The notes below the pieces were generated by a model. That model was not told the DNA's origin. It searched no databases and saw only the letters and a program-made list of their open reading frames with translations. The position numbers and the translations under genes were made by a program. This document shows, piece after piece, positions 12,998 to 22,143 of a stretch of DNA of 64,000 bases. The stretch spans positions 63,488,001 to 63,552,000 of the forward strand of contig CM075980.1 in NCBI GenBank assembly GCA_038087875.1, written 5' to 3'. This stretch comes from Malacoraja senta (taxonomy: Eukaryota). Positions within the stretch are counted from its first letter, which is position 1. Each line of letters begins with the position of its first letter.

Positions 12998-13698
12998 AGG
13001 GCCTGTCCCACTTGCGTGTTCTTGGCACGCAATTTACGCGACCTCGTGGTCGCGTTCAGGCGCACGGGCATCGTATGGCCGCGGGGGGCCGGTCCCACTG
13101 AGAAGCGCGAAGGGGTTTGTAGTTGTGCGCGACATCGCGCGGGGCTCCGAAATTTTGTAGCGAACGAAATCTTCGCGCGCCAACGGCTGTCGCGGAACTG
13201 ATGGCCAAAGTGGGACAGGCCCAAGACCCTAGCACGACGCAATATCTCACCTCTAACAGCAGCAGAAGCAGGCAAACGATCGCCGAACTCGACCTGGGGC
13301 TCACGGCTGTTGCGGATCCGGATCCGGATCCGCCCCCACTTCTACTCCCAGAGCGGGGCCAAGACAATTGAAGATGGACACAAAATGCCGGAGTAACTCA
13401 GCGGGACCGGCAGCATCTCTGGAGAGAAGGAATGGATGACGTTTCGGGTCAAGACCCTTCTTTCAGTCTGAAGAAGAGTCTCGACCCGAAACATCACCCA
13501 TTCCTTCTCTCCAGAGATGCTGCCGGTCCCGCTGAGTTACTCCGGCATTTTTCGTCCATCTTCAAATGACGTCACGTGCTCCAGATGGCTGTGTGTAAGC
13601 ATGAAATCGTGTGCGACCTTCGCGGGACCGTCGCGGCTCAACGCGACCATGAGGTCGCGTAATTTGCGTGCCAAGGACACGTAAGTGGGACAGGCCCT
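12998..13698. mobile_element. PIF/Harbinger non-autonomous element with TAA target duplication
   Basis: TIR agggcctgtcccactt...aagtgggacaggccct with ~60-bp imperfect subterminal complementarity; TAA on both sides (12995-12997, 13699-13701). Confidence 0.92.
13369..13565. repeat. ~200-bp palindrome of two inverted Penelope terminal repeats
   Basis: ttgaagatggacacaaaatgccggagtaactcagcgggaccggcagcatctctggagagaagg... pairs with ...ccttctctccagagatgctgccggtcccgctgagttactccggcatttttcgtccatcttcaa. Confidence 0.9.
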
Positions 13699-13761
13699 TA
13701 AGTCACTTGGGATCCACTGGTAAATTGGATATAAAATTGTTTGGCCATAAATGTATTGCTT

Positions 13762-14569
13762 GGTCATAGAAGACAGAGGGTAATGGTGAAGGGATGTTTC
13801 TCTGACTGAAGATGTGTATCTATTGGGTCATTGAGTATAAAAGTTGGGAAGTTTTGTTGCAACTTTATAAAAATTTTGGTAAGCCATATTTAGAGTATTG
13901 TGTGCTGTTCTGGTCAGTACATTACAAGAGGGATGTGGAGACTTTGGAGTGGGCGCAGAATAGATTCACCAGGATGTTGGCAGGATTAGAAAGTATTAGC
14001 TGTATAGAGAGATTGGACAAACTTGAATAGATCTCTCTGGAGAGTTAGAGGGTGAAGGTAACCATTTAGAAATTTATGAAAATTATGAGAGGCATAGGTA
14101 GGGTGGATAGTCAGAGTGTTTTTTACAGGGTGAACATATCAAATACTAGAGGGTTTAGCTTTAAGGTCATAGAAGACAGAGGGTAATGGTGAAGGGATGT
14201 TTCTCTGACTGAAGATGTGTATCTATTGGGTCATTGAGTATAAAAGTTGGGAAGTTTTGTTGCAACTTTATAAAAATTTTGGTAAGCCATATTTAGAGTA
14301 TTGTGTGCAGTTCTGGTCAGTACATTACAAGAGGGATGTGAGACTTTGGAGTGGGCGCAGAATAGATTCACCAGGATGTTGGCAGGATTAGAAAGTATTA
14401 GCTGTATAGAGAGATTGGACAAACTTGAATAGATCTCTCTGGAGAGTTAGAGGGTGAAGGTAACCATTTAGAAATTTATGAAAATTATGAGAGGCATAGG
14501 TAGGGTGGATAGTCAGAGTGTTTTTTACAGGGTGAACATATCAAATACTAGAGGGTTTAGATTTAAGGT
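13762..14569 (+). repeat. ~403-bp near-perfect tandem duplication inside the CR1 fragment
   Basis: ggtcatagaagacagagggtaatgg starts at both 13762 and 14165. I found only three differences between the copies. Confidence 0.95.
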
Positions 14570-15500
14570 AGCAAAATGTTTAAAGGAGATATGTGAGGCT
14601 AGTATTTTACCCAAAAAGCGGTAGATGCATGGAATATACTGCCAGAGATGTAGTAGAAGCAGATATGATAGTAACATTTAAGAGGCACGTAGTTGGATAC
14701 CTGAACAAGCAGGGAACAGTAGGATGCAGACCATATGCAGGGAGATGGGATTAGTTACTCTGCCATCTTGATCATGACACACATGGTGGGCCAAAAGGGC
14801 CTTTCCTGTGCTTTACTGTTCTATGTTTTATTAAGTTTGTTGTTTTGTCCTTTGTTGTTTTACCCTTTGTTTTTGTCCAGTGCAAGTGGGAAATTGTATT
14901 TACAGCTTTGCTACCCTGATTACACTTTTATTGCTTTTGCTCCATGCTTGCAATTGTGGCTCCATGATTTGCCTCTTCAAATCTTCCTGTACTGCTTATT
15001 TGTTTCAATTTGTTCTTTGAATTGATCCTGCTGCTTCCTCACCTCATAACTGCAAGCACAAGCCTCTTTATATTTCTATTTGCTCTCGAGCTTTCTACTC
15101 AATGGAAACAAATTAAAAAAAAACATCTTTGTGGGCATTCATATCTTACATTTCAGAGATCTACTGGAAAACATTAGTTAAAATTATCTTGTTATTTATC
15201 TTTGTACAAATGCATATTCTGACTAAAAAATAGCAACATTTTGAGTAAGAAGGATATTCTAATAGGACCATTCTACATTATATTGTTATTCAGAGACTCG
15301 CTCAAATGTGCAACAGTCTTTTCAATTGATAATTTGTCAACTTAAATTTCCTTTGTAGGCTTTGGGCCTGGCTATTCGCAGGTGTAAGAGGAATCCTTGT
15401 CTCTGATGGCAACCTTCTGATCCGTCTTCTTTCTGTGAAAATTGCCGAGAAAGACTACTTTGCCACTTTAGTTGTCCTATTTAGGAGCAGATTAAGAGCA

Positions 15501-17474
15501 ATGGAAGGTGATGGTGACTTTGTACATTGTGGATCTGCATTTGTAAAAATTGAAAGACCTCAACTTGTGGAAAAGAGCAACACAACATCAGAAGTGTGGA
15601 GATACTTTGGTTTCCAACCCGGTAGTGACGGCAGACCAGAAAACATTGAAACTCCAGTTTGCAAAATCTGTTTCCGTGTCATTCCAGCAAAGGCCTCAAA
15701 CACAAGCAACCTTTATGCACATCTGAAATCCCAGCACCCTCATATTTACATAGAGGTCAAAAGCAAATCTAACCAGGCACCAACAACCTCAACTTCATCT
15801 GGAGAACCAAGCAAGGAACACACCACAATGATGCGGGAAATCTTTCAGCGAAAAGATAAATTTGATCCAAAACCCAGAGAGCACAGGGAGCTGACTAAGG
15901 CTGTGACGTACTACATAGCCAAGGATAGGATGCCTCTGAATATTGTTTCTAAGCCTGGTTTTCAGCACCTCTTGAACAAGTTTAACCCTAAATATGATTT
16001 GCCAAGCAAGAACTACTTCTCCAGAGTCGCTATTCCATCACTTTACGCGGATGTTCGCAAAGTTGTGGAGAGAGAATTAAAGAGTGCAGATTGTTTTGCG
16101 GCAACTGTTGAAACATGGACATGCAGAAGCAATGAAATGTATGTAACATGTGGAGTTCAGTTTGTGGATAGTGACTGGATGCTCAAAACACATTGCCTGC
16201 AGACCCAGTACTTACCAGATGAACACACTGGTCAGAGTCTGAAGTGTGCCCTTGAAGATGTGCTGGAGGAATGGGGGTTGGACACTACCAACCTTGTTGC
16301 TGTCACCACAGATAATGGACCTGCTGTCAAACATGCCTGTGAGTTGTTAAGCTGGAAAAGACATAACTGCTTCAGTCAGAATCTTCAATGTTCTATCCAA
16401 AAGGGTCTTGATGATTCACGCATTGAACGAATTATTCAACTGTCTCGTCAGATATTCTCTCAGTTTTCACGCAGTTGGAAAAGGAAGAAGGAATTTTCTA
16501 TAGCTCAAGGTCAGAAAGGGCTTCCGAGAAATTCACTAAAAGTGGATGTTAACAACAAGTGGGAAACAACTTTGGAAATGCTCGAAAGGATTCTTGAGCA
16601 GCAGGATGCTATCAGAGCTGTATTGGCCCATGACCGAAAGATATGCCGTCTTGTACCAACATGGCAGGACATTGATGTCCTTGAGTCCGTTATAAGTGTT
16701 TTATGCCCATTCCGTGAAATGACTGAGGCTTTGTCTTCTGAGAAATTCATTGCTATTTCAGCAATAAATCCTCTAATAAAACATATATGTAATGATCTCA
16801 TAAGAGAGGAACAAGAGGAACTAACTCTTGGCTTTCTAATGCGAATGAGAATCAAACGGGACCTTGAAATACGATATGGAGACCCAGAACTGACTCATTT
16901 TCTGGAAAAAGTTACATTCATTGACCCCCGATTTGGCCCCACTTGTGTAGATGATCTAGAAAATGTCCTGCAGCAAATTAAAGGGGAATTACTTGCTGGA
17001 AAGGTGGCTGAAGAACCTTCATTATTTCAAATTAGCTTTGATGGTTCAACGCTTTCTCCATCAAACCATTGCAGTTGGTATGATCGAGATAGCCCAGGGC
17101 CAAGTCAGCCAAAGAAAGCCAGATATGGAGGAGGACTTGCAAAGGTATTTGGAAAGCAGAGTGGAGATGGAGGCACGGACAAAATGGTAACGACTTGTGT
17201 TTCACTGCAGGAGCAGCTTGACCGAGAGCTGGATTTTTATTTCAAGGAACCAAAACTCTCCTTGGAAAACTGTCCTCTTCAGTGGTGGAAAGCAACCCAA
17301 AATTGCCTGCCCTTGTTGGCAAAACTAGCCAAAAAGTACCTCTGCATCTCTGCAATAAGTGTAGCATCTGAAAGAGCCTTTAACAACAGCAGTTCTGCAT
17401 TTGATGAATATCGAAGCAGCGTGAAGCCAAAACATATGGACCAGCTGGTGTTCTTAGCTGAAAATCTTCCATGA
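15501..17474 (+). CDS. ZBED1-like BED zinc-finger hAT-transposase-derived protein (657 aa from first in-frame ATG); probably domesticated
   Basis: Uninterrupted ORF with a BED finger (SEVWRYFGF...CKIC...SNTSNLYAHLKSQHP), hAT core (VTTDNG) and hATC dimerisation domain (PLQWWK...LAKLAKKYLCISAISVASERAF). A splice acceptor ttaaatttcctttgtag ends at 15358 and AATAAA occurs near 18007. No TIRs seen. Confidence 0.9.
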   Translation: MEGDGDFVHCGSAFVKIERPQLVEKSNTTSEVWRYFGFQPGSDGRPENIETPVCKICFRVIPAKASNTSNLYAHLKSQHPHIYIEVKSKSNQAPTTSTSSGEPSKEHTTMMREIFQRKDKFDPKPREHRELTKAVTYYIAKDRMPLNIVSKPGFQHLLNKFNPKYDLPSKNYFSRVAIPSLYADVRKVVERELKSADCFAATVETWTCRSNEMYVTCGVQFVDSDWMLKTHCLQTQYLPDEHTGQSLKCALEDVLEEWGLDTTNLVAVTTDNGPAVKHACELLSWKRHNCFSQNLQCSIQKGLDDSRIERIIQLSRQIFSQFSRSWKRKKEFSIAQGQKGLPRNSLKVDVNNKWETTLEMLERILEQQDAIRAVLAHDRKICRLVPTWQDIDVLESVISVLCPFREMTEALSSEKFIAISAINPLIKHICNDLIREEQEELTLGFLMRMRIKRDLEIRYGDPELTHFLEKVTFIDPRFGPTCVDDLENVLQQIKGELLAGKVAEEPSLFQISFDGSTLSPSNHCSWYDRDSPGPSQPKKARYGGGLAKVFGKQSGDGGTDKMVTTCVSLQEQLDRELDFYFKEPKLSLENCPLQWWKATQNCLPLLAKLAKKYLCISAISVASERAFNNSSSAFDEYRSSVKPKHMDQLVFLAENLP

Positions 17475-19667
17475 GCTTAACGACTTTGAAAAAATATGTT
17501 TAAAAAAACAGTGCAGGTTTGTGCTTACTGATTTGGTTAATCAAATGTGAAAAATATCATTGTGAAATGAAATATCTATCTGGGACAGGATGAATCCGAT
17601 TTTAAAAGATCGTTGGATGGCGAACTTGAGGGTCAACAATTAGTTATTAGGAATGGATCTATTTTTTTCCCTCTAATTTACAGACGGTTGTTTTCCATTG
17701 CATAAGTTCTCCTTAAGGCAACAAATTGCAATGATTTTATTGCTTCGGTAGCAGATGTTCCTTTTCCCTCATGTTGTTCTTCGTCTCCTGGTAATCAGAT
17801 ATGAAGTCCTGTCCTACATTATGCTTCTTCAAGAATGATAGTGCAGGGTGGATCAAAGACACACAGCTGCGGAGACCATCATTTGTCAGCAGAAAACACA
17901 TCTATGCTGCAAACTCACATATTGCTGGGTTGGTGTGACATACTGATTCTTTTTTGCTGTTAGGCTCCCTCTAAGCCAAAGCACCAACATTTTTATTCAG
18001 TTGATCAATAAATACATCATATTCTTTGAAAATATTAAAGAAAAAACAAGTTGGCTTTTTAATAGTAAGATTAAATGAGAACTTACCAGTTTGAAGTTTG
18101 ATCTTTATTTCATGAGGAGTTACGATGAGGGATTACGTGAAGAGCCCGCCAGCCCGAATGCGCATCAATCTTCAAAGCAGCGGTGTGAAATCACAGATAA
18201 CAGTTGATGAACTGAGTATAGTAAGATTCGAGAAAGTAGAACTACCAGCTGATTCTTATGAAAGAGGGTTGGGAGCGGAGGGCACATAATCCCTCATCGT
18301 AACTCCTCATAAAATAAAGATCAAACTTCAAACTAGTAAGTTCTCGTTTAATCTTACTATTTTACTTCGGAGTCACGTGAGTGACTATGTGAAGATTTCA
18401 AAGCTCTGAGATTTCATGCCGTGGACACGAGTCCATGCGTCACTCACTGCATCAATTGACCAAGGATGAGTGAACTTAATCATGCATTCAGACATGACAT
18501 AGATATAGACATGCTGATGCTTTTTTATGAACAAATAATAACAATAGTAACCCCTGTCATCCGGGAGGAAACTATAGACAGAACTTAAAATAGAGTTGGC
18601 AAATACCCCCGGTCTGGCAATGGGTTTGTATAAATGTATGCAAAGATCGTTCGTTTGACCACCCTGCAGACGCTAGGATGTGGTACAGCGGAACGTCCAT
18701 ATCCCTGCCGCTGAAACTGTTGCAGCCCTGGTGGAGTGAGATTAAAATGTCAGAGTCACTCCTGCACAAGCCAGAACCCGTTTAACCACAGTCTGTACTG
18801 ATACCTTCTTATGAGGTTTATGTAACTAACAAACATTGCTAGATCAGTGCCCGTAAGGCTCTAAGTGACCTAACGTATAGTAGTAGATGACCCCATGGAC
18901 CACAAAGGTCCATGGGGTATGCCCAAATTCTAGTTAGAGACCTGATGCCCCTGGTCTGCTCTGCTTGACTAAGCCATGAACATAAATAGTTATTTGCCTG
19001 CACATGTAACCGTGCTGTCCAGTGTAACCTATGCAATGACTGGATCCGTTGTGCTGAACCAGTGCCATGAGCATAATCACTTGTAAGTGAGTTAGACCAA
19101 GGACAGGGATGACGCCGGAGCCCACTGGCAAAACGGCGTCAGCACAATGTTAACATCCCATATCTCTGCGTACCTGGGCCTGGGAGGTTTGAGTTCATGA
19201 ATCTGGATATCAGAGGGTGAGACCCAACAGAGTGAGTCCCGCTCCTTGCAGAAATATGATGAGAAGGCACCTTTGGCACAGTTAATGGTACTATAATTTT
19301 ATGTCAAAGACCCATTCGAAAATGAACTCCCAGTCGTCAGTATCCGTGCCGTATATATGTCAACGAATTGATTTATCATGCATTGGACGGTTGCCCGAGT
19401 CACGGGCTGAACCAGCAATACTAGTTAAAATTAACCATATAAGGTTCTACAGTGGCTTGCAAAAGTATTCATACCCCTTGAACTTTTCCACATTTCGTCA
19501 CGTCACAACCACAAACGTAAATGTATTTTATTGGGATTTTATGTGATAGACCAACACAAAGTGGTGCATAATTGTGAAGTGGAAGGAAAATGATACATGG
19601 TTTTCAAACTTTTTTACAAATAAAAAACTGAAAAGTGTCACGTGCAAAAGTATTCAGCCCCCCTGAG

Positions 19668-21540
19668 TCAATACTTTGTAGAACCACCTTTCGCTGCAAT
19701 TACAGCTGCAAGTCTTTTGGGGTATGTCTCTACCAGCTTTGCACATCTAGAGACTGAAATTTTTGCCCATTCTTCTTTGCAAAATAGCTCATGCTCAGTC
19801 AGATTGGATGGAGAGCGTCTGTGAACAGCAATTTTCAAGTCTTGCCAGAGATTCTCAATTGGATTTAGGTCTGGACTTTGACTGGGCCATTCTAACACAT
19901 GAATATGCTTTGATCTAAACCATTCCATTGTAGCTCTGGCTGTATGTTTAGGGTCGTTGTCATGCTGGAAGGTGAACCTCCGCCCCAGTCTCAAGTCTTT
20001 TGCAGACTCTACAATTTGTTTGTCTTTGTCTTTTGGACAAATTTGTCATTTGGACCCCTTGAGGTCCAAACGAAATGTCGTTTCTGCAGCTATACATCAC
20101 AAAACGAAGAAGACCCGAGACACAACACAATTTACACATACATCCATCACAGCGCTGTGATGGAAGGCAAAAAAACGTATCTCTCCACTGCACTCCCCCC
20201 CTCGATGTCAGAGTCAAAGTCAAAGCCCCCGGCGGGCGATGGTGATTATCCCACGGCCATTAAAGCCACGCCGGTTAATGCAAGGTCGCGCACCGGGTCT
20301 TGGTGTTAAGAGCCCCGGCGTGCGCTCGCAAAGTCCGGCGGCCATTCCAAGCCGCGCGGGGGGATAAAGCCCCCGCTCCAGGTGCTCTTCAACCCCGCAA
20401 CTTGGGCGGGAGAAGTCGCTGCTGCGGAAGCCCCGAAAAGCGGTCTCCCACCAGGGACCCGCGGGCTTCCGGTGTTGCCGTCCGCCAGACCCGCGGTTGT
20501 AGCCTCCGAATCTCCGGGGGTCGGGTCGCAGCAGCGCTCCACCACAGCTCCACCCGCTCCGGACTCGGCCAGCTCCATGACGGTGAGTAGTCGGCAGCTC
20601 CGCAACCGGAGCCCCAGGTCGTTCCTGCTGGAGGCCGCTCCACGTTGCCAAGCCCCAACGACAACGGAGACCCGACAAAGAAAAGGTCGGGTCTCCCGTG
20701 CAGGGGAAAGATTTCAAAGTTCCCCCCCCCCCACCCCCACCCCCCCACACACATACCCCGACAAAAAAAATAATAAAAATCTACATAAAAACGAGACAAA
20801 AATAATAAAAAGACAGACGGACTGCAGAGGCCGCTGCAAACGAGAGTCGCGCCGCCCACCGCTAACAGGTTTTCTTCCAAGATTGCCCTGTATTTGGCTC
20901 CATCCATCTTCCCATCAACTCTGACCAGCTTCCCTGTCCCTGCTGAAGAAAAGCATCCCCACAGCATGATGCTGCCACCACCATGTTTCACAGTGGGGAT
21001 GGTGTGTTCAGGGTGATGTGCAGTGTTAGGTTTCCGCCACACATAGCGTTTTGCATTTAGTCCAAAAACTTCATTTTTGGTCTCATCTGACCAGAGCACC
21101 TTCCTCCACATGTTTGCTGTGTCCCCCACATGGCTTGTGGCAAACTGCAAACGGGACTTCTTATGGCTTTTTTTCAACAATGGCTTTCTTCTTGCCACTC
21201 TTCCATAAAGGCCTGATTTGTGGAGTGCACGACTAATAGTTGTCCTGTGGACAGATTCTCCCACCTGAGCTGTGGATCTCTGCAGCTCCTCCAGAGTTAC
21301 CATGGGCCTCTTGGCTGCTTCTCTGATCAATGCTCTCCTTGCCCGGCCTGTCAGTTTAGGTGGACGGCCATGTCTTGGTAGGTTTGCAGTTGTTCCATAC
21401 TCTTTCCATTTTCGGATGATGGATTGAACAGTGCTCCGTGAGATGTTCAAAGCTTGGGATATTTGTTTATAATCTAACCCTGCTTTAAACTTCTCCACAA
21501 CTTTATCCCTGACCTGTCTGGTGTGTTACTTGGGCTTCAA
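19668..21540 (-). pseudogene. Tc1 transposase pseudogene
   Basis: Paired-like [24 protein letters not shown] and SPDLNPIE motifs, with 34 residues between D and E. The expected start reads TTG, codon 5 is TAA, and the ORF is split between EENLL and ESAKDL by the 20012-20862 insert. Confidence 0.93.
20012..20862 (-). mobile_element. ~850-bp GC/CpG-rich non-autonomous insert, probably a LINE-mobilised SINE-like element
   Basis: Cleanly interrupts the Tc1 ORF with a (C)TA duplication. On the minus strand it ends in a stem-loop (tttggacctcaaggggtccaaa) and a short-repeat tail (gacaaagacaaacaaa). No TIRs. Confidence 0.75.
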
Positions 21541-22086
21541 GATGCTGTTTGTTCACTGATGTTCTCTAACAAACCTCTGAGGCCTTCACAGAACAGCTGT
21601 ATTTATACTGAGATTAGATTACACACAAGTGGACTCTATTTACTAATTAGGTGACTTCTGAAGGCAATTGGTTGCACTGGATTTTATTTAGGGGTATCAG
21701 TAAAGGGGGCTGAATACTTTTGCACGCGACACTTTTCAGTTTTTTATTTGTAAAAAAATTTGAAAACCATGTATCATTTTCCTTCCACTTCACAATTATG
21801 CGCCACTTTGTGTTGGTCTATCACATAAAATCCCAATAAAATACATTTACGTTTGTGGTTGTAACATGACAAAATGTGGAAAAGTTCAAGGGGTATGAAT
21901 ACTTTTGCAAGCCACTGTATATCATTCCCAACATCAGCGGGAACCATGGCTGCATAGGACAGTCACTACAAAAAATGCCTGAAGTGGGATTACTGAATAT
22001 TTGCAAGACCCGACTGATGAGGCAAAATGGAGGAAGACAAACCTCTCCAGTGTAGCGAGAGTGCATCTATCGCCACTGCCATGCCA

Positions 22087-22088
<2 letters not shown>

Positions 22089-22138
<50 letters not shown>
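22089..22138. repeat. (TA)n microsatellite
   Basis: About 25 TA units inside the DIRS MT-like region. Confidence 0.98.

Positions 22139-22143
<5 letters not shown>

Larger units (their letters stand above)
12790..14826 (+). mobile_element. Old CR1 LINE, interrupted by a Harbinger MITE and containing a tandem duplication
   Basis: DFSKAYDK at 12939; EYKSWEVLLQLY...PYLEYCV.FWS at 13812-14030; HER1-type tail gggccaaaagggcctttcctgtgct near 14790. Confidence 0.85.
19450..21917 (-). mobile_element. Tc1/mariner DD34E transposon, Passport-like, IR/DR-type ~215-bp TIRs
   Basis: TA|cagtggcttgcaaaagtattca ... tgaatacttttgcaagccactg|TA, with the inner direct repeat gcaaaagtattca in each TIR. Confidence 0.97.

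Noticed and set aside
15435-17474. Assigning the symbol ZBED1, or a start at 15435
   Set aside because: 15435 is GTG and the first in-frame ATG is 15501. The protein is only family-level similar to mammalian ZBED1, so orthology cannot be shown from sequence alone.
20389-21498. 369-aa ORF as a novel transposase fusion protein
   Set aside because: It starts at GTG downstream of a mutated start and a stop; the C-terminal half is read-through into the inserted element.
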